A DNA stretch of 28,530 bases. Source: Methylomonas lenta (GTDB lineage Bacteria; Pseudomonadota; Gammaproteobacteria; Methylococcales; Methylomonadaceae). The notes beneath the pieces were generated by a model. It ran no database searches. It was not told the origin of the DNA and saw only the letters and a program-made list of their open reading frames with translations. The first letter of the stretch is position 1, and each line of letters begins with the position of its first letter. Location: the NCBI RefSeq assembly GCF_001644015.1, contig NZ_LUUI01000119.1, positions 1-28,530 on the forward strand. Direction: 5' to 3'. A program made the position numbers and the translations under genes. Positions 10,968 through 20,622 of the stretch are shown in pieces.

Positions 10968-11294
10968 TTACTTTGGCTGATGAACAGTCGCCGGGTAACC
11001 GGCATTAGTAGTCGCTTTAATCAAAGCTTCTATGCTGGTTTTTTGCGGATCAAACGTGACATCTGCCATTTTAGTATCCCCATCGACATTTACCTTTTGT
11101 ACACCATCGACACCCTGCAAAGCCTTTTTAATGGTGATTTTACACATCGCACAGGTCATGTTCTGCATAGCTAATGTGACGGATTGGCTGCTTTGCTTTT
11201 GCACAGAAACAGTTGCCTCGGCATGGGCTGTCTGCATTAATAAAGATGCGGCCAACAAGCTCAACGTTAAACATACGGTTTTAATAGTCATCAT
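10968..11294 (-). CDS. merP: Periplasmic mercury-binding protein MerP (108 aa)
   Basis: Signal peptide ...LLMQTAHA, then an HMA fold with MTCAMC. Confidence 0.9.
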   Translation of the reverse strand: MMTIKTVCLTLSLLAASLLMQTAHAEATVSVQKQSSQSVTLAMQNMTCAMCKITIKKALQGVDGVQKVNVDGDTKMADVTFDPQKTSIEALIKATTNAGYPATVHQPK

Positions 11295-11302
11295 TATTCT
11301 CC

Positions 11303-11680
11303 TTAATCCATAAAAAACGGGGCATACCAGGGAAATGTCAACAGCAGCAAGATCAACGCCGAGCCAATCCAGAAGATCATCCGTTGCTTGTGCTTGACTT
11401 CGGGTAATGCACAGGCCTCGCCCTCTTCACAGCTATCCGGTATCAAATAGAGTTTGCGATACCCCAAACCAATAAAAATCAGGGTTACAATAATAAAATA
11501 AGGCCTGACCGTTTCCATTGAAGTGAAGGCGCTCATCCAAGCGCCGCCAATCCCTAAGGAAATAAGCAGCAAAGGGCCGACACAGCAGACCGATGCGCCA
11601 ATGGCCGCTAACACGGCGCCAATGCCTAGCCAGGATGGGTCTTCTGTGGGTGGTGTTTCATGTTCTGTAGTCATAAGCAT
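11303..11680 (-). CDS. merT: Mercury transporter MerT (125 aa)
   Basis: First TM has the vicinal pair SVCCVGPLLL. The cytoplasmic loop has the pair CEEGEAC. The topology and length are those of MerT. Confidence 0.9.
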   Translation of the reverse strand: MLMTTEHETPPTEDPSWLGIGAVLAAIGASVCCVGPLLLISLGIGGAWMSAFTSMETVRPYFIIVTLIFIGLGYRKLYLIPDSCEEGEACALPEVKHKQRMIFWIGSALILLLLTFPWYAPFFMD

Positions 11681-11773
11681 TTTCCTAAATAAAAACCAAG
11701 CGTCTGATAACCTGCATCCAGCGAGGGCATAAGATGAATGCGGAGAATGTCAGATTTTGAAAGTTCGGATAAG

Positions 11774-11805
11774 AGTCTAAACCCTGTACTACAGAACAGA
11801 GTCAA
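11774..11805 (-). promoter_or_regulatory. PmerT-like MerR operator/promoter copy C (-35 TTGACT, 20-nt spacer with dyad CTGTTCT-GT-AGTACAG, -10 TAGACT)
   Basis: Minus strand reads cgCTTGACTCTGTTCTGTAGTACAGGGTTTAGACTctt. It lies about 95 nt upstream of the merT ATG and directly after the merR stop codon. Confidence 0.6.
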
Positions 11806-11817
11806 GCGGAATTTACA

Positions 11818-12246
11818 TTATTTTTGTGGGTGTAGAGACGCAATGTTTTGCGTCTCTACGTTATTCGAAAGCGCATCGATGAGGGAACAATGTTCTGCAG
11901 AAGAATCACTCTGGCAGCGTTTCACCAGCGCATCCAATACACTGCGAAGCGCCGTTAAATCCTGTATTTGTGCATCGATTTGCCGACATTTCTGTTCGGC
12001 AATTTTTCTCACATCGGCGCAATGGTCGTCATCAAGCGATAACAGCTGGGCAATTTCTTTTAAGGTAAAACCCGCTTGTTGAGCACGTTTGATAAACCGG
12101 ATTCTGGTGATGGCATGGGCTGGATAGTGCCGAAAACCGGTACCGGGTTTACCGGGTTCATCCAGCATACCGATGCGCTGGTAATAACGGATGGTTTCAA
12201 CAGTGACTTCGGCTTGTTTGGCTAGATTGCCAATCGTAAGTTTCAT
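11818..12246 (-). CDS. merR: Hg(II)-responsive transcriptional regulator MerR (142 aa)
   Basis: HTH LTIGNLAKQAEVTVETIRYYQRIGML, the coiled-coil dimerisation helix, and Cys residues in DDDHCADV and RCQSDSSAEHCSLI that correspond to the MerR Hg-ligand cysteines. Confidence 0.9.
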   Translation of the reverse strand: MKLTIGNLAKQAEVTVETIRYYQRIGMLDEPGKPGTGFRHYPAHAITRIRFIKRAQQAGFTLKEIAQLLSLDDDHCADVRKIAEQKCRQIDAQIQDLTALRSVLDALVKRCQSDSSAEHCSLIDALSNNVETQNIASLHPQK

Positions 12247-12614
12247 CTTTGCACCAGCATGTGTGTTTCAGAAAGCGACTAATGATGTGATGCGCGGTTG
12301 ATGGGTCCGATGCAAAACGCACTGCCTGATTTGCATCCAGCATAGCGGTTCACAAGCCACATCAAGAGCGGGAACGTATCGAATATAGTCTATATGAATG
12401 TCTTCTTTTCAGCCAATTGTGCATAGTTACGAAGGTATAGTGAAGAAATGGGTTTTGTCTTGAACGATTTCAGCATGAAACTTTATGACTTATGCACAGG
12501 GACACTTAATCCAGTGTCTCTGATTTGATGTTACTCATTTACGAAGGAATCCTTACGGTCACCCATTTAGGCCGTTTCCACATCCACGCCCTCCTTCGTT
12601 GATGGTTTGCTTAT

Positions 12615-12807
12615 TTCGCTGTGAACCTTTCGCCTGCACATACGGTAGACCAGCCGGGACATATTGCAAGGGAAGGCTACGCCCGAAATCCTCACCCGTT
12701 CGCACTCGCCATGCGAGTTTGCGCTGCGGCTTCCGGTTTCGCCCTTGCAATATGCCTATCCGTCCGGTCCTCGTGACGTGCAACTACGGCGAAAGGCACT
12801 CAGCGAA
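12615..12807. other. Nested inverted-repeat structure (candidate structured RNA or DNA cruciform), function unknown
   Basis: Concentric pairings: 12626-12634 CCTTTCGCC with 12788-12796 GGCGAAAGG; 12635-12639 TGCAC with 12778-12782 GTGCA; 12661-12672 ATATTGCAAGGG with 12742-12753 CCCTTGCAATAT. The apical hairpin pairs 12704-12708 ACTCG with 12714-12718 CGAGT. The strand is undetermined. Confidence 0.3.
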
Positions 12808-13008
12808 GCAATGTTATCAACACTAAAGGAGGACACCGATATGGTTCACAAACTACAAAATCAAAAGCCGGCTCAAGCATCTTGCAACGCAATGTGTGAG
12901 GCGGAGCATAGAAACTAGATAAGGGCGTCTCTATATTTGGTGACAACTATCTAACCTGGTCCTGCTGGATCTGTCGCCAAGTCGCCCAACACTTGAAAGG
13001 AGTATCCC

Positions 13009-13191
13009 ATGCAATACCTTGATGATCTGATCGTGGCATTAGCGACGTACATTCTACGGGGTGTTCTCGCGGCCGGCACTGGGGCTGTTTATGTACAGTT
13101 TTTGGCGCTGTTGTTTTTAGCTTCCATGGTTGGCACTGTGTCTTTCTCGGTGTTGCTGGTGGCGGCGTTTAATGTCTTATCTGGAGCGTAA
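13009..13191 (+). CDS. Hypothetical small membrane protein (60 aa)
   Basis: SD AAAGGAG lies 7 nt before the ATG. There are two hydrophobic segments. No family was recognised. Confidence 0.35.
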   Translation: MQYLDDLIVALATYILRGVLAAGTGAVYVQFLALLFLASMVGTVSFSVLLVAAFNVLSGA

Positions 13192-13199
13192 CGTAACGT

Positions 13200-13604
13200 A
13201 TGAATCAGAAAAACAAACATATTACAGAATTGATGGAGCTGGCCGGCCAGGCTAAACCGTTGATCGAGGCGTTAGCGTCGGAAATGACGGTCATTACAAC
13301 GCGCATGGCCGCCCTGGAAGCGCTGGGGTTGATTTATGCCTCTGAATACTGGCGGAAGGATAGCGACGGTCAGCCAAAGTATTTCTATTTACTGTACCCG
13401 CTTAGGCAAGGCGAGCCAAGGCGACGCGATTATATTGGTTGCGATCCAACTCGGATAGAGGCGGCTAGACAAGGCCTTACGAGGGCTAAAGAGTATGACG
13501 CGCTGGCGGTTGAGCTTGATTGTCTTGAAGGTCGGGCGCGTAGCGGGTTGTTCGGTATGAAAGACGCCTTGCGGCATCTTTCTAATAAAAATTACCGACA
13601 ATAA
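13200..13604 (+). CDS. Hypothetical protein (134 aa)
   Basis: Complete ORF 8 nt after the preceding ORF, with a helical N-terminus and a KYFYLLYPLRQGEPRRRDYIG segment. No family was recognised. Confidence 0.4.
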   Translation: MNQKNKHITELMELAGQAKPLIEALASEMTVITTRMAALEALGLIYASEYWRKDSDGQPKYFYLLYPLRQGEPRRRDYIGCDPTRIEAARQGLTRAKEYDALAVELDCLEGRARSGLFGMKDALRHLSNKNYRQ

Positions 13605-13716
13605 TGAATAATGCTTGTAGTAATGTAATAATAATAGTAATATTACTACTACAATTATTATTTGGTACCACACACCGCAAGGCGGTCTTCCAGGGGAATT
13701 AAAATGGCCTTAAATC

Positions 13717-13754
13717 GGGGTTTGAAGTCCAACGGTACGAAAACGTACGTTAGC
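13717..13754 (+). repeat. Tn3-type 38-bp terminal inverted repeat (tnpA-proximal end)
   Basis: GGGGTTTGAAGTCCAACGGTACGAAAACGTACGTTAGC compared with the Tn3 IR GGGGTCTGACGCTCAGTGGAACGAAAACTCACGTTAAG (recalled). It lies 33 nt from the tnpA stop. Confidence 0.85.
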
Positions 13755-13786
13755 GTCTAGCTTAATTCTATTTTCAGCAAAGACCA

Positions 13787-16700
13787 CTAAGGAAGGATGA
13801 TATTATTTTTTGATGACTGGTTTAGCGGCCTGAGTTGCCCCATCATGATTTGCTCTGCCAGTGTAAATGAGTAGTGCCCTAGCACATTGATATGTCCATG
13901 CAGCAAAGGCGATAGCCTTTTTTCATCTTCTTCTCTAATTTCTTGTGGCTGTTGCCGCAAATGATCCAGCGCTGCTTGCATATATAGGGTGTTCCATAAT
14001 ACGACGGCATTGGTTACCAATCCAAGCGCTCCCAGTTGATCTTCCTGCCCTTCGCGGTAGCGCTTGCGAATTTCTCCCCGTTGTCCATGGCAAATGACGC
14101 GAGCAACCGCATGCCGTCCTTCCCCCCGGTTTAGCTGTGTTAATATCCGCCGGCGGTAATCTTCATCGTCAATATAATTCAGCAGATACAAAGTCTTGTT
14201 GATGCGCCCCGCGTCGATGATGGCTTTAGTCAGACTGGATGGCCGATCACTTTTCAAAAGTGAACGGATAAGCTCTGATGCCTGTATGGTCCCCAGTTTA
14301 AGCGACCCGGCTATCCTCAGCATATCATCCCAGTGCTGTTCTATCCGGCGAGTATTGACAGAACCTCTGGCCAGATCATTGAGCACGCCATAATCCGCAT
14401 GTTTATCGATTCGCCAAAAAACCGCTTCACCGGCATCGGCCAAGCGCGGTGAAAATTGATAGCCAAGCAGCCAGAATAATCCAAACACTAAATCACTGGC
14501 TCCAGCGGTATCCGTCATAATTTCCGTTGGATTCAAGCCGGTCTGTTGCTCTAACAGTCCTTCCAAAACAAAGATAGAATCTCTCAATGTCCCAGGAACG
14601 ACGATGCCGTGGAACCCTGAAAATTGATCCGATAAAAAGTTATACCAAGTAATGCCCTTAGGGAAGTATTTCCTATTTGGCCCGGCATTAATCGTACGCA
14701 CAGGCGTCACCAATCGCATTCCGTCGGCAGAAGCCACTTCACCACCACCCCATTTTTTAGCCAAAGCGAGGGTTGATTGATGATCGACCAATCGGGCATT
14801 GGCCCGAACAAGCGTTTCTGCCCGCAGGTAGTTTTGCTTAACCCAATTCAGGCGATGGCGAGTCAGCGCCGGAATGTGGTGCTTGATTAAGGGTTCCAGT
14901 CCAATATTACAGGCTTCGGCCATGAGTACCGCACAAATACTGACCGATAAATCATTGGCACGAGCATTGGCTTCGCTTACATGCGTAAATTCATCGGCAA
15001 AGCCAGTATGAGTATGGATTTCCAATAGTAACTCGGTAAGATCCACTTTTGGCAATAATCCGGTCACCTGCTCATTGAGCCGAATGAGGCTGGGCGGCTC
15101 ATCCAGTTTATCCAGGTTGGTGATGGTTAAAGCCGGTTGCTTGCCGGAATTGTCAATCTTGACGGCTGCATTATCTGCAAAGTTGGCGGCAACTTGTTTA
15201 TAAGTGGCATCCAGTTGCTGTGTTAAGTTAGTAATTGCCTCATCGGGTTGTACCGGCTGTCCAATCGAGCGACAAACCTGGATTCGGTTTGCTTGCCAAT
15301 TAGCACCTTGCAGCAATTTTGCCCTGGGATCGCCCCAACGATCACTATTTTCAACATAGATATCGCGCCTTCGCAAGGCATCTTGTAATTTGTCGAGAAA
15401 ACACAGTGTGTATCCCCGTTTAGTGACTCGCCCGTCTTTATCAAAAATCAATCGCTTCCACGGAGCGGAAATAATATTCATGGGCGGCTTATCCAAAGTA
15501 TGTTTGCGTGATGTACCAGAAGCGGCAAGATAATTGAATGCAGAAAGCGTCGTTTCCCCGGCGGGCGCGGCCTTGAAAGTAATGTCATTGAGTAGTCGCG
15601 GTAAAAACCGGCAAACCCGACCATACTGCTCAATCAACTCATCATGAAATTTATCGTCATAGGGGCGGGCCAAATCCTGAACGATGGCAATCGATTCGGC
15701 TAATCTCTCTTTAGTGATCTGGGTAAAAATGACATCGCGTAACTGGCCGTCTTGTGTTTCTTCATTCAAAATCAGTGTACAGACATCCGCTAATGTCAGC
15801 GCAGATTTATCCAAATCTTTCAGTGTCCGTAACCGATTTTTCTGACCCATTCTTTTGGCATTACCCGCAATCTCGGTTATGAGTTGATCGAGTACATCCA
15901 AGGCATCATCCAGGGCAATGGTTTCAAAGGCCTTCACAAAAGCCACCAGGATTGCCGTACGCTTGTCCTCTGGCATTCTGGCTATTTTAGGTACCGTGAT
16001 AACACCCGCATGGCGGGCGAGGTTCTTCAATCGAACCGGTGGTATATGGGAAAAATCGATTTCTTGCATACCCAACGCCTTTAATTCAAGATAGCGTTCA
16101 ACGGATGCATTAAAGGCTGGCCCGCTGATGGTTACCGGGCCTTTCTGATAACGATCAAAAGCCGATGATCGTGTGCCTTCTGGCACTTTGAGTAAAGTTT
16201 CCAGTTTGGCTTTTTGCTCAAGTGTTGGTAAAACCGCTAATCGCCGCCACAATCGGTTAACCGCTCTTTCCCTGATTTCGGAAATCAGCCGTGATAAAGT
16301 CGTAGCACCAGGTAGCAGCACCTTGTTTTGATTCAGCCAGGCAGTAGCAAAGTCGAACATTAAGCCGGGTCTTTCGTTGCTGATCCAGGCACGGGTATAA
16401 AGTAACCGGCTAAGACGGAATGCCCAAGGTGGTTCGGTAAATTCGCGGTAGCCATATTGTTCGCGGATAAGCGCGGTGTGTTCGCGTTTAGTGGTATCCC
16501 TTTGGGCGTAATCCGCCAAAATAGCCACATCTCCAATCGAAAGCTGTCCGGCCACAAAGGCTTGGACGTTGGCTGGCACCAACGTTAGATCGGAAAGGAA
16601 GCATCCTAAAAACCTGACGGAAGTTAATTGCAGCGCAAAGCCAAGTCTATTTTGATCGCCACGGCGATTTAAAATGAATGTCAGGTCTGCTTCGTCAAGG

Positions 16701-16792
16701 TGAAAGTACCTTGCCAGTTGGATTTCATCTGGATCACCGGCAAATTGACCGTACTGAGCCTTCTGTTCTGCGGTTAAAAAATCGACGGCCAT
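13787..16792 (-). CDS. tnpA: Tn3-family transposase TnpA (1001 aa), close to Tn3 TnpA
   Basis: MAVDFLTAEQKAQYGQFAGDPDEIQLARYFHLDEAD..., GGGEVASADGMR, LNYIDDEDYRRRILTQLNRGE. It is collinear with Tn3 TnpA over its full length. Confidence 0.97.
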   Translation of the reverse strand: MAVDFLTAEQKAQYGQFAGDPDEIQLARYFHLDEADLTFILNRRGDQNRLGFALQLTSVRFLGCFLSDLTLVPANVQAFVAGQLSIGDVAILADYAQRDTTKREHTALIREQYGYREFTEPPWAFRLSRLLYTRAWISNERPGLMFDFATAWLNQNKVLLPGATTLSRLISEIRERAVNRLWRRLAVLPTLEQKAKLETLLKVPEGTRSSAFDRYQKGPVTISGPAFNASVERYLELKALGMQEIDFSHIPPVRLKNLARHAGVITVPKIARMPEDKRTAILVAFVKAFETIALDDALDVLDQLITEIAGNAKRMGQKNRLRTLKDLDKSALTLADVCTLILNEETQDGQLRDVIFTQITKERLAESIAIVQDLARPYDDKFHDELIEQYGRVCRFLPRLLNDITFKAAPAGETTLSAFNYLAASGTSRKHTLDKPPMNIISAPWKRLIFDKDGRVTKRGYTLCFLDKLQDALRRRDIYVENSDRWGDPRAKLLQGANWQANRIQVCRSIGQPVQPDEAITNLTQQLDATYKQVAANFADNAAVKIDNSGKQPALTITNLDKLDEPPSLIRLNEQVTGLLPKVDLTELLLEIHTHTGFADEFTHVSEANARANDLSVSICAVLMAEACNIGLEPLIKHHIPALTRHRLNWVKQNYLRAETLVRANARLVDHQSTLALAKKWGGGEVASADGMRLVTPVRTINAGPNRKYFPKGITWYNFLSDQFSGFHGIVVPGTLRDSIFVLEGLLEQQTGLNPTEIMTDTAGASDLVFGLFWLLGYQFSPRLADAGEAVFWRIDKHADYGVLNDLARGSVNTRRIEQHWDDMLRIAGSLKLGTIQASELIRSLLKSDRPSSLTKAIIDAGRINKTLYLLNYIDDEDYRRRILTQLNRGEGRHAVARVICHGQRGEIRKRYREGQEDQLGALGLVTNAVVLWNTLYMQAALDHLRQQPQEIREEDEKRLSPLLHGHINVLGHYSFTLAEQIMMGQLRPLNQSSKNNIILP

Positions 16793-16842
16793 CCATTTGC
16801 TCCAGACCAGAGGTAAAATCGAATTAAATATAAAGCTGTAGG

Positions 16843-16956
16843 TGTCTACAATATTATAAGATTGTGGACAGGGTAATTCATATGAAATAAACTGTCTATA
16901 AAATCGTTTTTCACATACTTAATAGACAATCCGTCCATTAATCGACTTAGGAGACA
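16843..16956. promoter_or_regulatory. res: res site of the Tn3-like element (subsites I-III)
   Basis: Site I, 16843-16870, TGTCTACAATATTATAAGATTGTGGACA: a 28-bp imperfect palindrome with a central TTATAA, as at the Tn3 crossover. Site II, 16893-16928: TGTCTAT-N22-ATAGACA. Site III ends at GAGACA 16951-16956, just before the tnpR ATG. Confidence 0.6.
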
Positions 16957-16963
16957 GTTTTAA

Positions 16964-17377
<414 letters not shown>

Positions 17378-17392
17378 TAGCAATAGCTAATG

Positions 17393-20300
17393 TTAAAGGT
17401 CGCTACCTTCTTCCACAGACTTACGCCAGAAATCAGGATCGTTATATCGTGCCGCCAACGCATCGATGTCAACCTTGGCGTTTTCTTCCGTAAATTCAAA
17501 CTTACCGATCAGATTCACATTTTGCCAGGCGACGGGCGACGTGCCTTTGATGATCTCGATAGCATCCTGGTCGCCGGTCGCCAGTTTTTGCTCATACACC
17601 CGCGACAAGATTAGCGTGTTGTAGTGGATGATGGCGTTGGCAATAAGCCGGGAACAATCGTTCCAGATTTGCTGCTCCGCTTCGGTTTTTACCCGGAATT
17701 TGCCGGCATTGACATAGGAAATGGCTCGTCGCATGCGATGATACGCCTCGCCGCGATTAAGCGCCTTTTGGATGCGCTGCCTGAGTATCGGGTCATCGAT
17801 GAAATCAAGGATATGAAGTGACCGATAAATATTGTCCAATTCCCATAGCGCCTTCTTGGTCTGGTTCTGCCGCTTATAACTGGCGAGCTTACGCACGATG
17901 GTTGCTTGAGTCACATCTTTTTGTGCAAGCGAAGCCAGAATGCGCTGGATATTCGGCCACTCCTTGCATATTAAGGTATCAAAGACCTTACGCGATGGCT
18001 TAAACAAGGCATCGCCATAACGGCTTGGGTGCTGGAACCCAACCAGGCTATCGATCTTTTTATGCAGGTCACGATAACGTGGCGAAAATTGGTAGCCGAA
18101 GACGCGCAAGATAAAGAAATTCACTTGATTGGTGCCATGCGTGTCCGTCGAATGCCTTTCCGGCTTGATCTCCGTTGTATTGTTGTACAGGATGTCGAAC
18201 ACGAAATGTGATTCGTGTTCGTGCGCACCGATAATTTTGGCATTAATCGGGACATGATTCATGGCCAAGGTAATGGAGTTTACGCCTTTCTTTAGCGCGA
18301 AAAACTTGCTGGAGTGTCGGGCATTGATCGTGTCGATCTGCGTGACTATATGCTGGCCGTCACTGCTAGAATGCTTCTGGTGGTGGATGTCGTACGCTTG
18401 GAAAACGGGTAACGCAGCCGTAGCGTTGGAAATGACGTCATTCGCTGCATGCAGCGTTTCCGCCCGCAGGAAATTGCGCGCCGTCGTCAGCAACGCAGAA
18501 TGACTAAGCCCTGAGACTTCCGCCATTTTCCATAAACCCATATTGGTACCCATGGCAACGATACAGGCCAGGATCAGTTTCGGATCGGCATCTTGTTTAA
18601 CGTAGCGTTCCAAAACGTGGGCAAATGATTTCAAGAATCCTGTTCTTTCAGCGACAAACCAAAGCAGGTCGGCCACGCCGATACTTGGCAATTGAGCATA
18701 GAAAGGACTGTTGGTTGGCTCTTCCTCGGAGGGATAAACCAACGTCCAGCGAAGCTTGTCCCCGCTACCGGTGATTTTGATATGTTTATTGTCGCCGCTT
18801 TCAATGCGCTGGTTCACTGATTTGTACTTGGCTTCCAGTTCCCGCTTGAGCGCGGCTAACGTATCCTGGATTGGTGTCAACAGAATCGGTGCGCCGATTT
18901 CTTGCAATATCGCGTCTCTATCCTTATTCCAGCGCTCGGTGTTGATCAGGTCGTCATCAAAGCTGCGAAATTCATTACTGTCCCGAACAAATACGTCACA
19001 GGCTTCAAGCGCCTTCCGTAGCTCGCGGTATACCAGGAACTCATAGCGATCAACCTCCAGGGTTTTCTTTTTTTGTTCTTCCGTCCGGGTATATAAATAC
19101 CGTTGCAAATTCTTTGCGATGATTCCGGTCGGGAAGTTGGCCGGGTTCATTTGTCGTGGTGTCTTGCCCTGGCGCAGCAGCTCCTGTAGAAACAAAATGG
19201 ATTCCAACAGTGGTTCATCCGACACCAGGCAGACGAAATCGAGGTTGCAGAACAAATGTCGTAAATTGAGCTTGAATTTGTGACGTAGCGTGCCGTAATA
19301 CGACCATTCAAAAGCGGTTTTATCGAATTCGATGTTACGCATAAAACCGGATACGACTGGAAAGCTCTCAATGTTGAGTAGCTCGAAAGCCTTTTCCTTG
19401 ATGGCCGCAAACGGTGTTTCGTCAGGGATGGAATTGTCGATGAACAGTTCCAGAACTTGGCCTGCCGCCTGTAGATTCGCGCCAGCCTCGTTGATGGCTT
19501 GCTGCATGGCCTCGTCGGCGGCAAGTTTGGCTTGTTTCTCGTATTGGCCAATGAGACAAATCAGGGCTTCGATCAAATTATCGTTGATTTGCCGAAAGCG
19601 ATGAAAGGCGAAGCACAGCAAATACAGGCGTGTCGTGGGTTCCGCCATGCGCCGCAGCTTGTAGACGGAGTAGAACGGAACCAATGATGCATAGTATTTT
19701 ATACTCTCATTGGACAGGCCGGCAGTACCCAGAAAGCTTTGCCCGAATTCATACAGCGGCTGAAAAAATTTGCGGCGGTCAACCTCCTGGCGTAACTCGC
19801 GGTAACTGAAATCCTTAGGCTCGTGTTTGAGTAGGCTGATGCGATACATGCCTTCCTCGGACTCAAGCAAGGCTTCGAGCTGCTTGTCGACATCCGGCGT
19901 CATGGCTTTTTTCAGTAAGTCCGTAATCCGCCGACGTTCACCAGTCACTACTCGGCTCACCATGTCCTGTAGATAAGTGTAGCCAGGAGCAATTAGGCGT
20001 TGGTTAGTAAGGTATTGTAAGGTTTCGCGTAGGATGTAAATCGGCTGTGTCGACAGCATGGCGACGCGCTGCGCTTTCTGTTCCAGTGCCGCCTTGGCTG
20101 TGCTGTCACATAGGCGGGAGTCGAATAACTGGAGGATAAGCTGCTGTTGTTCGAGCCGGGTCGGCTTGGAAAGGGTTTTGATCTTATCTAATGCCTGATC
20201 AGGGAAATACCGCTGGAGAATATAGTGTAGATCGTCGAGCACGGCCTCCCGCCCGTAAACAAAGAACTGTTGCTTGGCCTTGAAATACCCGATTTGAAGG

Positions 20301-20470
20301 ATTAAATGGACGGCCGATGAGCGGGTATGAATGGCATCGACGGCTTTCTGTTCAACCGCGCTTAAATCGAAGAAGAGACAACGGTCATCGTCGCTGAAAC
20401 AAGGCAACCCGTAAAGATCATCGATTTCACTTTTCGTCAGGATAGACAGGCGACGCGAATTGACACTCAT
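17393..20470 (-). CDS. tnpA: Tn3-family transposase TnpA (1025 aa)
   Basis: The N-terminal DUF4158-like region reads LTKSEIDDLYGLPCFSDDDRCLFFDLS. The C-terminal DDE_Tnp_Tn3 motifs are SSSDGQH..., STDTHGTNQVNF, and ILDFIDDPILRQRIQKALNRGEAYH. The gene ends 15 nt from the IR. Confidence 0.95.
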   Translation of the reverse strand: MSVNSRRLSILTKSEIDDLYGLPCFSDDDRCLFFDLSAVEQKAVDAIHTRSSAVHLILQIGYFKAKQQFFVYGREAVLDDLHYILQRYFPDQALDKIKTLSKPTRLEQQQLILQLFDSRLCDSTAKAALEQKAQRVAMLSTQPIYILRETLQYLTNQRLIAPGYTYLQDMVSRVVTGERRRITDLLKKAMTPDVDKQLEALLESEEGMYRISLLKHEPKDFSYRELRQEVDRRKFFQPLYEFGQSFLGTAGLSNESIKYYASLVPFYSVYKLRRMAEPTTRLYLLCFAFHRFRQINDNLIEALICLIGQYEKQAKLAADEAMQQAINEAGANLQAAGQVLELFIDNSIPDETPFAAIKEKAFELLNIESFPVVSGFMRNIEFDKTAFEWSYYGTLRHKFKLNLRHLFCNLDFVCLVSDEPLLESILFLQELLRQGKTPRQMNPANFPTGIIAKNLQRYLYTRTEEQKKKTLEVDRYEFLVYRELRKALEACDVFVRDSNEFRSFDDDLINTERWNKDRDAILQEIGAPILLTPIQDTLAALKRELEAKYKSVNQRIESGDNKHIKITGSGDKLRWTLVYPSEEEPTNSPFYAQLPSIGVADLLWFVAERTGFLKSFAHVLERYVKQDADPKLILACIVAMGTNMGLWKMAEVSGLSHSALLTTARNFLRAETLHAANDVISNATAALPVFQAYDIHHQKHSSSDGQHIVTQIDTINARHSSKFFALKKGVNSITLAMNHVPINAKIIGAHEHESHFVFDILYNNTTEIKPERHSTDTHGTNQVNFFILRVFGYQFSPRYRDLHKKIDSLVGFQHPSRYGDALFKPSRKVFDTLICKEWPNIQRILASLAQKDVTQATIVRKLASYKRQNQTKKALWELDNIYRSLHILDFIDDPILRQRIQKALNRGEAYHRMRRAISYVNAGKFRVKTEAEQQIWNDCSRLIANAIIHYNTLILSRVYEQKLATGDQDAIEIIKGTSPVAWQNVNLIGKFEFTEENAKVDIDALAARYNDPDFWRKSVEEGSDL

Positions 20471-20488
20471 GCGGCACCGCTTTTCGGC

Positions 20489-20621
20489 GAGTGCAGAAAG
20501 TACACTTTTTGCACTCTGCGTTCACTCATCCTTTCCAATTTCAATTCCTTTCATTTTGAGTGCAGAAACCTTTGCCAAAATCATAATGCATTTAACTGTG
20601 CAATGTGTTAACTTTTTGCAC
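20489..20621. promoter_or_regulatory. res: res region of the nested transposon (three GTGCA/TGCAC dyads)
   Basis: 20489-20516 is GAGTGCA-N14-TGCACTC, a 28-bp dyad of site I type. 20558-20592 is GAGTGCAGAAA...AATGCAT. 20598-20621 is GTGCA-N14-TGCAC, abutting the tnpR ATG. Confidence 0.5.
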
Positions 20622-20622
20622 T

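Noticed and set aside
12615-12807. Retron msr/msd or group II intron remnant as an explanation for the long hairpin.
   Set aside because: There is no reverse transcriptase ORF anywhere nearby, and no recognisable intron domain V/VI or 5' GUGCG motif.
12559-12918. ORFs 12559..12783(-), 12599..12826(+) and 12664..12918(+).
   Set aside because: They mutually overlap in the inverted-repeat region, have Arg/Cys/Pro-rich translations and lack an RBS. The nested stem structure explains the region better.
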